Shown here piece after piece: positions 32,265 through 42,564 of a stretch of 42,564 bases of DNA. The notes beneath the pieces were generated by a model. It was not told the DNA's origin. It searched no databases and saw nothing but the letters and a program-made list of their open reading frames with translations. Made by a program: the position numbers and the translations under genes. The first letter of the stretch is position 1. Every line of letters begins with the position of its first letter. This DNA is from Xylographa opegraphella (lineage: Eukaryota): NCBI GenBank assembly GCA_022813865.1, contig JALDZX010000101.1, forward strand, positions 1-42,564, written 5' to 3'.

Positions 32265-33809
32265 TCATACCCGCTTCGCATCGACAGTTTTCTCTTTTTC
32301 TATCCCACTCATCTTCTCACCCTCCCCTTCCGGCTCCACTTCAATCTCGAAGCCCTCACTTCTCTCCACGAGGCTCCTGTAGTAGTCCACTAGCACCTCT
32401 GGCTTCGGGACAATTCTCCACTCCACCCTCCACAGAAATTCCAGTTCCAGCAATGCCAGTTCCTTTAGGCTCACCCCCCCCACCCTGGCGTATGTGTTGT
32501 TTGTCCAGAAAGAGTCGCTCAGCCCTTTGCTGGCAACTGTTGCACTGGCAATAAGAAATCGATGTACGGTTAGCGAGGAGATGGTGAAAGCAGGGTACAA
32601 AGCACAAAGTCGATCAATGTAATAGACCATGCTCAACAGGATGGGTGGAGAAAGAGTAGCGTGAGTTGTCAATCGCTGCAGGTAGTCCACAACGCTGATC
32701 CCTGGGGGGGCTCGCGAGTGGAAGCGTGTCAGACGTCCATCTTTCAGTGGTATCTCGTCATTGAAGCGAATAAGTTCCATTAGCATGTTACTGATGAGAA
32801 GAACAAGATCCTTCACGTCACAAGTCTCATACCGTGCAGGCATGATCTTAGCGGCTGTCTTCGGTGGTCGAGCTCGCTTCGGAGACGAACCCTGACTGGA
32901 GGATGAGGCGGCAGCGACCGAATTCGCCAGTGTGGTCGATGAAGCGGTTCCCGGACACGTGGATGAAGGCGGAGGGGTGTGCGAGCGCTCCGCCGTCATC
33001 TGAGGAAGCAAATGAGGCTCACGTGGAGCAGCGCCGGTCAATGGAGATGTGGACCTCTCCTTGCGTTTTCCGCGCACGGGGCTCGTTTCGACGGATGGGT
33101 CAGCGGATGGAGAAAGGGGCGGCGAATATTGTGTGCCAGCATCTACCTGCTGTCGGGCAGATGACTGAGAAGACCTGGTCGACTGAGATAGAGATCGTTT
33201 GTGCGACTGTTGCACGGCGTCACGCGGTTGAGGGGTATACTTTGGAAATGCCGCTGGTGACGGAGGCTTGATATATTGTCGTGGCGATTTTGAAGCGGGA
33301 TAGCGGTACTGGCCATTGCTTGCGTGCGAAAAAGTCAGGCGCGGCGAGGGCGCAATCGCGTGTAGCGTGGGCGACGGGGAGGATGTGATCATCTCAATAT
33401 CCACTTGGCTGCTGCTGCCACTGCGGCTTCCGGACAGGGTTCGCTGGGAGGAGCTACTCGAATTGGCCTGCGAGAGGAAGGCGAGGGCATATTGGTACAA
33501 ACGGGAAAGAAGAGTTTGCTCGTCGTACGTGCAAGGAACGAAGTCGGAGTAGCGGGACTCGCGGACTGACGACGGATGACACCACGTGCCGTTGGAGAAG
33601 TAATGATACGACGCTGGATGCGCGCTCGCAACTGAAGCCTTCAAGTGATAGTCCTTGAGGTGTGTTTGGCCGTAGACGCGGGCGGAGGGACGAGGGCGTT
33701 GCAGGGCGATCGTGGGACGGAAGAAGGCGGCGGCGGCGGGGACTTGTGCTTGGGCCGAGTAGCCGTGGCGAGCGCGCTTGCTGGCCTTCTCGGTGCGGCG
33801 GTGGGGCAT
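32265..33809 (-). CDS. PHO80: Pho80-like cyclin (PREG family); first ATG 33809, alternative start ATG 33392
   Basis: Cyclin box 'LTRFHSRAPPGISVVDYLQRL...ILLSMVYYIDRLC...SLTVHRFLIASATVASKGLSDSFWTNNTYARVGGVSLKELALLELEFL', 'VDAGTQYSPP'. One uninterrupted ORF. Confidence 0.9.
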   Translation of the reverse strand: MPHRRTEKASKRARHGYSAQAQVPAAAAFFRPTIALQRPRPSARVYGQTHLKDYHLKASVASAHPASYHYFSNGTWCHPSSVRESRYSDFVPCTYDEQTLLSRLYQYALAFLSQANSSSSSQRTLSGSRSGSSSQVDIEMITSSPSPTLHAIAPSPRLTFSHASNGQYRYPASKSPRQYIKPPSPAAFPKYTPQPRDAVQQSHKRSLSQSTRSSQSSARQQVDAGTQYSPPLSPSADPSVETSPVRGKRKERSTSPLTGAAPREPHLLPQMTAERSHTPPPSSTCPGTASSTTLANSVAAASSSSQGSSPKRARPPKTAAKIMPARYETCDVKDLVLLISNMLMELIRFNDEIPLKDGRLTRFHSRAPPGISVVDYLQRLTTHATLSPPILLSMVYYIDRLCALYPAFTISSLTVHRFLIASATVASKGLSDSFWTNNTYARVGGVSLKELALLELEFLWRVEWRIVPKPEVLVDYYRSLVERSEGFEIEVEPEGEGEKMSGIEKEKTVDAKRV

Positions 33810-35225
33810 CCTGGCGGACAAGGACCCCTATGGCGGGACAACCCAGGGGAACGAGCCCTTGTTTTCCACCCGTAGCTCCCCCGGGGCCAACTGATGCTTT
33901 ACCGCGGACAGCCTGGTCTCTCGAGTCTCGATGGAGCGTCGACGCCCGACTCACGACATGGAGGCACGAGAGAATATGGACGACGAAAAGTCAAGTGTCT
34001 GCGCAAATAGAAGGAGCCAACTGGACTGGCGATACGGGTGAAAGGAAGACACCCCCACTGGAGACTTGTTCTTGTTCTGTTGCCTCGACTCTACTCGAAC
34101 AGAGAGAGCCGCTCTTCACGTTCGGTCAAGGTATATATATACATATATACGTGTATAGCCAAGTTATATCCTCCATGCTTGCGCCGATCTCTCCTCCGTC
34201 ATTTCTCCTGCAGCGAATGACCTGAGCATCGCCGTGTTTCCCCAGATTTCGGCTTCCCCACAAAACGCCTCTGGACGACCCCGGAGATGCCAGCATGCCG
34301 ATGCCACTCCCGACAGGCGCGCAGGTCTCCCGCCCTCTCATCCCAAGGTACCGCCAGATCAGTCGAGCTTTCTCATGGTGGTTTCAAGATCACCGCTCAT
34401 GCAGAAACAGCCGAGACGAGTCAGGGCGGTGACTCTGGAGCCAAATAGCCGCATCATGGGAGGGTGCAATCATGACAGCTCGTCTTGCGCATACACCTCT
34501 GCTCTGCCGGTCTGACTGGGAGACTGGTTCCGCCGACGTTCAGATCGAACCCTTCGGCTGTTCCCATACCTTCCATCGCGCTCAAGCCCACGCACATGGT
34601 GGCGATGATGCATCGCGAGCGAGAGAGGGCATTGGACGGCAAACAATATGCGACATCCTCAGACAAGAGAGCCAGGCAGTAGAAGTGAAGCCGCAATTCT
34701 TCCCATGAAAGCAAAAGCTCGAGCGGGAAGCTCGAAAGCCCGTTCGGGCCTCGGGGCCTTGGGCCTCGGGCCGTCCCTCCGCCGGCCTCCGACGGTCTCG
34801 CTTGGCGGGCTTGGCGGGGCAGCAGCAAGCTCAAAGCAGCCTTTCATGTGCCGTGACCAGGACAAAGTTACTTTATAATACTCTCCTCTCTTCGCTCCCC
34901 AAAACCCTCTCTGCCCGCGTTTGTCTTCGTTCCGCACCACTGCATGCGGAAGTCCTGCCCCCTTCGATCTCAAGTCCTCTGCTGCGTAAAGAAGCCGCAA
35001 ATCCGAGCCTTGGTACAGCGGCTATCAGTGGTACCTTTGCGTCACAACTGTCGGCAGGAACGGCTTAGGCGTCGGCACCCCAAACCCGTCACCCTTGATC
35101 CACAACCTCCGACATTCTTAACAGACCCAAGCTGGGCCGCTGAAACAAGCAGTCTATCGATTTCGGAAATAAAGTAGAGTCGAAAGGGCAGGTAGCCGCA
35201 CCTAACAGCCTTCGCCGTGCGGAGA

Positions 35226-38200
35226 ATGACACGCCCGTCCACTCCTCCCATACTCTCCGAGCTTCGAAGTCCCACCTCCCCCGCTACTCAGGTGGCTGCT
35301 CTCCGAGCCCTGAAGAATGAAGTCGTGGGTCACGAACAAAGGAAGGAGAAGTGGGTTGGCCTCGGAGTGGTGTCCCCGCTCACGCGCATTCTGAATACCC
35401 ACAAAGGTGGAGGCAAGAGACGACATCGGGAGGTCAATGGTGCTCTTGATCATGTGGACCGTGCTCAGGCAAGCACAGATGAAGAAGCTCGGATGCAGGC
35501 AATCATCATCGTGGGAAGTCTGGCGAATGGTATGTGAAGCGCCGCCTTAGGCCCAGCTATTACGCTCATCTGCTCACGCCGCCTAGGCGGCCCTGCGTAC
35601 ATTCCACCCCTCAGCGCTGGCTCCGTCATACCTCCGCTGCTTTCTGCTTTGTGCCCGACGGAATCACCACCCCAGCTCGTTCTTGCAGCTCTGCGATCTC
35701 TGAACACTCTTGCAGATTCGCTTTGTTTAAGCTGTTCCGATGCCGACACTTCGGAGGGCAGCTTGCTGAAAGAGTTGTATACCGAGCACAACCTTGCCGG
35801 CCTCTCACAAATCCTGGAGCAAACTTCGGTGACACTCATCACTCAGCAGCAAATATGTCTTGCAGCAGCTCTAATTACCAAGACCTGCAAGGAGGAAAGC
35901 CAAAGAAAGATTCTAGCATCCTCCGGCGTGCTTGACGCCCTTGCGACTAGACTTGCATCCTTCATTGTTGCGACACGCGGGCCTACATCTGCTCTGGATC
36001 CACAGGACGATATCAATATTGCAGACATATCGGTAGCAACAACGAGATCTAGATTGTCCTCCATTCTGCATGCTATCGCGACCATAATATCCAACTCTAA
36101 ACTCAGGACGACTCGATTCGCGTGCGCTTCCGCTTTTGGCTCTGTTTTTCCACGATCCGAGACGGATCCTTATTCATGGAGGGCGCCGTATTCTCGACTA
36201 AGCAAGCGACATCCTTCGAACAATAACCATGAAAACTCACTCCCACCTCTACCGTCCTCGCAATTCCGTGACGGCTTGGCTCAAACTTTAAACTTCCCAC
36301 CGCTCGGCGCACATGGGGGATGGGGTAGCAAGCAGCGGCCCAGTAGGGGCTTCAGTTCCGCTTTGGAGATTACGCCGACTGAAGTCTTCAGTGGCTCAGA
36401 AGAAGACGAGACTCCCCTTATAACATGGCTGATTCACGTGATTCGCGCTGAAAGTGATGTTACGAGGCTGATGGCATCTTGGGTGCTGACGCTTCTGTAC
36501 CGTGCAGGTCTTGCGAACCGACGAAGGGAGGCCGGTCTAGCTCTGCTGCTTGTACCCCTGCTTGTGCGGATGCTCGCCAGCGATTATCAATTACCCATGG
36601 ATACTCCTCCATCATATGATAACAGCGTGTTGCATCGTCCAGAATGGCTTATAATGGAGCATGCCCCAACTGTTCTAGCGATGCTCGTCGTTGACAGCAT
36701 TGAGCTGCAAAGAGCTGCGGTGGACGCCGGGGCTATCAAAAGGCTTTCGCAACTTCTCAAGCAATCGTTCGATCCGCTGCCGAGTGCCTTGGCTTCCTCA
36801 ATGTGGAATCCAACCCCTCGACTGCCGAACGGAGTAGACTCTGCAACCTCCTCGAGTGTTTCTCGCCTTGGAGTGACCGGATTTTCGCCCGAGGCTTACC
36901 ATGTGCTGCAAATGAGAGAATCTGTGCTTAGTGCGCTGGCTTCAATGGCAACCTTCAAAGACGAATACCGGAAGGCGATCATTGACAATGGCGTAGTTCC
37001 ATTTGTCATTCATTCTTTGAAACCACACACCAAAGAATTTGCCAATGTATTCTACGATACTAGTGCTACGGGTGAGAAAAGTGGCGCTATGGGTAATCCT
37101 ACGCCAGTGTTACTGGCGGCGTGTGGAACCGCAAGGGCGTTGTCTAGGTCTGTAAGCACTTTGAGGACAAGTCTTGTTGATGCAGGATTGGCCGTACCAC
37201 TGTATACTCTGCTCAAAAACAGTGATATTGAGGTCCAAGTCGCTGCCACTGCTGTTGTTTGCAATCTCGTCTTAGAATTTAGTCCCATGAGAGAGGTGCG
37301 CGATAACCGAACCCAAGAAATGTCGTTTCGATCTTCACTAACATTGATCTAGGCGATTATTGAAGCTGGAATCTTAAAAGTATTGTGTGAACACGCACAT
37401 TCACTTAATACCAAGTTAAGACTGAACTCTGTATGGGCGCTCAAGCATCTTGTCCATACTGCTTCCAACGCTCTCAAAATGAAATGTTTGGAGGAGCTTG
37501 GGCCTGGGTGGCTGAAGCAGATCATCTGCCATGAAGCAGAAGGGCTTGGCTTCTCTTTGGGTCATCGGAGTGGCGAAAGGGAAAGTAGTGGGGGCACGCC
37601 GATTGCGATGGGTACCCCGAATGCGGCTGGGGAACAAGTGGATCTTCTCAATGCCGTCGAGGAGGAATCCACTGGGTCGAGTGAGGCCGGAGACGAGGAG
37701 GACGATGAAGCGGTACACATGGTTGATAGCATTGGTGCGCTGAGCAAATCCGACACGAACCACAGAAAGCGTGTCTTTTCCGCAAACTGCAAGAGTGCAG
37801 CTCACCAAAATGCAACCGGAGCAGAAAGTGACCTCGAAGCCGCGGCACAGGCAAGGATGGATGACATCTTGGTTCAAGAACAGGGGCTGAACTTCATCCG
37901 CAACCTCATATGCGGCCAAGACGCCACAGAAATGATCGATTATATTTTTCGAGAACTGGGGCAGGACAAGCTATTTGAGATACTTGCCAGTAAACTGAGA
38001 CCAAAAGTGGTGGATGCCTTCAGTCGAGACAGACGGTCCGCGGGAAACGGGGTCAAGCACATCCCTCCCCAACAGGAAATTCTGACCTCGGTTTGTTATA
38101 TCCTCGTCCACCTGGCCGCGGGCTCGCCACGGCATCGTCAACTGCTCATCTCGCAGACCGAACTGCTTAAGTTGGTTGTGCCCTTGTTCAGTCATCATAG

Positions 38201-38411
38201 TGCGGAAGTACGAACCTGCTGTGCATGGATTGTGATCAATCTCACCTATACGGACAATCAGTCCGACAAGGTACACTGCAAGACTCGAGCTTATGAGCTG
38301 AGGAAGCTAGGCGTGTATGAGAAGCTGGAGGAGTTGGAGTCGGATCCGGAACTTGATGTCCGGGAAAGGACCAATACTGCGATACATCAAATGAAGGAGC
38401 TTTTACGGTGA
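35226..38411 (+). CDS. VID28: Armadillo-repeat protein ARMC8/Vid28 (Gid5) of the GID/CTLH E3 ligase; exons 35226-35529, 35587-37295, 37353-38411
   Basis: 'QVAALRALKNEVVGHEQRKE', 'RALSRSVSTLRTSLVDAG', 'VCNLVLEFSPMRE|AIIEAG', 'LRLNSVWALKHLV', 'QEQGLNFIRNL', 'LDVRER'. Two canonical introns. Confidence 0.88.
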
Positions 38412-39237
38412 TGATAGGATGAGTATGTAACCAATAAGAAACAACCTTTCTCTCAAAACGTGGTCGAGGGCTCCAAGTCTAAGGAAGCTAAAGGCCTGAA
38501 ATGGCCAGTGATCACCAATATTGATTCACATAAGCGCACGGGTAGATCGTCCTCGCAAACCCCCATTGCACCGACTGCATGGGAGTTCCTATAGGTTCTT
38601 TTCCTTCCGTTGGCTTTGTGTCACACCAGCTATTATCCCCAACTGCTGCGATTGGTATTTAGGCTACTGAAAGAACTCCGTAGCTACATTGTATGATATT
38701 TGTGCCATCTACCTAATGCTTTCTTCCGCGTTCTCCACGGCTGATGGCTGACAAGGCTTGTTCGGCCGTCATGCAAGCATGGTCACGTTGTCTTGCCCCA
38801 GTGCGACCATCATCATACCACAACTCTCACAGCTCTTCATCCGTTGTACAATGCCCAGTTGCCGCGCGATTACATGCAGCTAATATGCAATATGCGCGAA
38901 GGGATCCAGATATGGTTCATGCCAGAGAGAGCGGAGTAATATGAGCAAAGTCGACCTTTGGCACTGATCCTGAGTGGGGAGCGAGTATTACCCATGTATG
39001 AAGGAATCACAAGCACCATATACAAGACATAATGGATCAGTACTTATGGTATAACGAAGAAAGTATCCATAAATCGTACGATATGGCTTTGCCACATTCT
39101 AGCGTAGCAGTTTAGCTAATTCGCACCTCTGCGGCCGCACATGACGGCACCTCAACTGCCAATTCAATACACGACTCGGTGTTGATGCCTCATGTGCCTC
39201 TATCATGCGCAAGATCTAACCAGAAACATTGCATCCA

Positions 39238-42137
39238 TCAAAGTCTCTGGTAAAACAAGATATATGCCACTTTGTTATCCTTCACAGAATACCGACTGAC
39301 GGGCGTTCTCTTCCCCGAGGAACTTCCTGGGGTTGCAGTGCCATTGACCACACCAGACCACTTCTTGGCAGCAGGTCCAGCATTAGTTGTAGCCCCATGT
39401 ACTTGATTCCATCCATTGTCTGTCTGACCTGGTATATTGTCATCTTGGCGGACCTGGTCAAAGATATTGTTGCTGCTGTTCCAGTCATGCTTGTGTTGCT
39501 CCAAAGCAGCGGCAAGTGCTTTGGGATCCTCCTCACTCCCACCCTCTGCAACATCATCGCTCCGTACTCGACGTATGAAGGTATCGTCAAGCCGGATCCA
39601 TTCACGGCCGTCTTGTCGTCTGACGTCCACGGTATAGTGACCCCCACTGGCATTCTTTCCATGGTGATATACGACACCGATAAGGCGATACCTTGGCAGT
39701 CCTCCATGAGCAAGATAGGCGCCTCGCTTCTGCTGTGGGAACACTTCTTTTGGAATCTCAAGTTCTAATGGATAACCGACTTTCTTCCAGATCTTTTGAG
39801 TGCCTCCGGTATTATCATATTGAAAGCGCTTTAGATGCAGTATCAAGACTGGCGGCAGACTTTCGATGAAAACTTGCTTTGTGGCGGCTACTCCTGGCCC
39901 GCGAGGAGAATTGAAGTCGCCGTGCAGCACCTCAGATCTAGTCAAGTTCTTCAGCGCATCAACAATGTTATTGACTTCGGACGACCCAATGTCAAGTTGA
40001 AGTGGTTGATAGGGCTCGAGGGTCACAGAGGTTTTTACGCCCGGTACACGAAGCTCGGAGCGTAGCTTTCCGCCAAATATTTTCGTCACTGGAGACTCTG
40101 TGTTTATTATACCTGAAGATCTAGTTATTGCAGCTTTTTGCTTTGGGCCAACCTCGAGCCATCCACTTTCACCGGACGTAGTATGGTCGGTCGTAGTAGA
40201 CACAGCATCATCGTCGGTCAGGGCTTCCGTAGAGCCGCTCCTGGAATAGGAGGATTTTATTGTTTTAGCACATTCGTCGTGCAACTCCTCCAAAAGGAAG
40301 CCCAAGAACTCTTCGGCATCCTGCTGATGTCCCCGCTAGTCACACATAAGTAGCTAATACAATTTTGAATATGATAGTACTTACCCTCATAGTGGAGAAA
40401 CGTGGTAACCGCCGTATAACTTCGTACACAAATTCGGGGGTGAAAGCATCGCCGTACTGCTCAAGCTCATTATCTTTCAAGCGCAACCTGAGCTGCTCAA
40501 TTGATGCAGCGGAATCAATAACGGGATATTCGTGCATAAACATGATCCTATTTCGTTAGAGTTGACATTGGTTCTAACCACAGAGATAATCCCTTGGCAA
40601 ACTTACATGGCGTCAAGCATCGGAGTATCGCTTTTGAAGCTGTACACAGCTTGCTTTCCGACTTGATCCAGAAATCTGTGAAACGGAACACAAAAGACCA
40701 AGATTTGCAATATCTATATAAATCAGCAGAGCATCCCTCGTGTAAGTTGCGAACATACAGAATTCATGTAGCACATATTACCCGTATTGACCAGACCACG
40801 TGGTTTGATGAACGCAATCTTTGAACGAGTCTCACTATCTGTTACGTTGAATGTTGTCAACACAGCAGAAAGTGACTCCCCTTTTGACGCAGAGACGCTG
40901 TTGTCTAATGATATCGAAGTATCATGTGAATTAGCTGAAACAGACACCTGTGCTTTGGACCTTACAAGGTCAGCCCATGACTTAGGCACGGCTTTTATGA
41001 CAGGTGACGAGGCTTTTGACGTGCGCTCTGACTGCACAGATTCACTTTCCACGGAGTCAATTTGGCTAGAATTGTTGATTACTGGAAGTTGGTCTGGAAC
41101 GGGTGCGATATCCACTGTCTTGATGACTTCTGACACCACATTGATAGATTGTTTCTTGAATGATCGGGCAAGCGCGGGTAGGATCGGTACGACTGGTACA
41201 ATAGGGTAAACTCTACCAGGAAGACGACCATTTGTTTTCGGTAGTGTTTCTGACAGTGGACGGGGTTGTTGTTGCAGTAAAATGATAGACGAAGGCGTAG
41301 TGGGTTGCGTGGAATCGGCTTCAGAAGGAGCCTTAGATGTTGTCGGAGTGACGGACGTGGAGGAAGCTGGTGGGTCAAGTAAGGCAGGCTCAGACAAATC
41401 AGGCAGAGCTCTACCCCTTTCTTGTGTGTGCATCGATTTATCTATAGGGGCAGGAACCTCCAATCGATGTGGAAGCTCGACCGGTATGGTTGGGGATTGT
41501 GGCAGCGGCCGCCGCCTCCGTCTCCGTGATGGTCTCGATGGAAACGCTGCATCAGGAACCGACAGCCAAGGAAGCTGTGATTTGGTCAGTGCCTCTATAA
41601 GTACACAAAAAGCGAAGGAGCAATTGAATGACTGACCGGCGGGTAGAATGGCATGTGATGAGTAAGGGCTAAAGATGGGGGACCAGGCGTAGGCGAAGGC
41701 ATAGGCACAGTTTCTGGCGAAGACAGGCTTGCGAGATCTGATTGCATAATATGTGTAGTGTGATCAGGCAGGGGAGGCGACAAGTGGGCGTGATTCGACC
41801 TCAAAGACGAGGATGACAAGGTTTGCTGTAATGGGTTCGGCCTCAACGGCATAGATGACGCATTGAGGTGCAAAGGATACGGCGAGTGCATCATTGGATA
41901 GTACTGCTGATGGTAAGGCCGCGGTATTGGTGCTGGCATGTTTTGGTATTGGTACCATTGGGGAGGAGCTTGTGGGTGGTAGTGTTGCGGCAGCGACTGA
42001 TGGTAATTCTGATACAAATGGGGATAAAGCTGCTGCGGAGGTGGATGCGGATACGGAGCATCATGGTGTCGGCGCCCAGTGTATAGAGGGATCGCCGGTT
42101 GCACATGAGGAAGCGTAGATCCATGATTGTTCATCAT
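39238..42137 (-). CDS. UBP3: Ubiquitin C-terminal hydrolase Ubp3/USP10; exons 42137-41637, 41574-40759, 40713-40607, 40547-40385, 40335-39238
   Basis: 'PP|LPWLSVP', 'PKSWADL', Cys box 'PRGLVNTGNMCYMNS|ILQ', 'RGHQQDAEEFLGFLL', 'LPPVLILHLKRF', His box 'GVVYHHGKNASGGHYTVDV', 'WIRLDD', 'VAYILFYQRL'. Four canonical introns. Confidence 0.94.
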
Positions 42138-42564
42138 GGGGATGATGAGGAGGCCTGGACCTTCTCAGGACGACGCGCCCGGCATTTCCAAGTCGCTATC
42201 AGAGATGAGCGGATCCCAAGGCACACAATCAAGCGCCGACGGCGTGTTGTAGATGTCAACAACAGGGGCGGCAGCTGTTGCAAGGCCAGGGAGCGAGGTG
42301 GAGACTATTTGACTATACCTTTGTGTATTCGGTCGCGGTACTCTGTAGTGAAGGTAGAAATAATAGGTAAGGCTTGATAAATTCTGGCTCGAAAGCCGGA
42401 CTCGAATAGGCTTAGAGTAGACAGGGGTCCAACGCACGAGGCACTTTTTGACACTAGTCTGCTCTGGGTAACTAAGGTGCTGTGTAAGGTAACGTGATCT
42501 ACCCCCAAACGGATCAGCACCCCGCCCCGAAATGCAACCCACGTACAAAACATCAACAATTTTT

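Noticed and set aside
33454..34225. Long alternative-frame and antisense ORFs overlapping GC-rich genes (also 24843-25565, 16400-16978)
   Set aside because: Expected shadow ORFs of GC-rich or repetitive coding DNA, with no independent motifs.

Overview
Gene-dense eukaryotic DNA from a filamentous ascomycete (Pezizomycotina), judged from short GT-AG introns with CTRAC/CTRAY branch points and fungal-type orthologues. I rebuilt exon structures by hand for 14 apparently intact genes: GNAT acetyltransferase, PEX16, RNH201, MIF2/CENP-C, a Myb-like factor, tubulin cofactor B, a TRM9-like methyltransferase, SAE2/CtIP, a DUF3112-like membrane protein, a Nudix hydrolase, VTC2/3, a PHO80/PREG cyclin, ARMC8/VID28 and UBP3. 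An accessory block at ~15.4-20.2 kb holds a divergent USP-family deubiquitinase, a class 3 lipase pseudogene and an AT-rich RIP-like fragment. Best leads: (1) the divergent USP has one in-frame UAG before its conserved C-terminal YxLFY strand, Tyr codons near zinc-ligand Cys positions, and a perfect 13-bp inverted repeat over a 3' splice site, so it is either an A-to-I-editing/splicing-gated gene or a young pseudogene; (2) SAE2/CtIP seems to carry an inserted Rsc9/ARID2-type RFX-like winged-helix domain; (3) the Myb gene may start at CUG. No tRNA, rRNA, CRISPR or intact transposon was recognised. All family calls are motif recognition by eye, not database searches.
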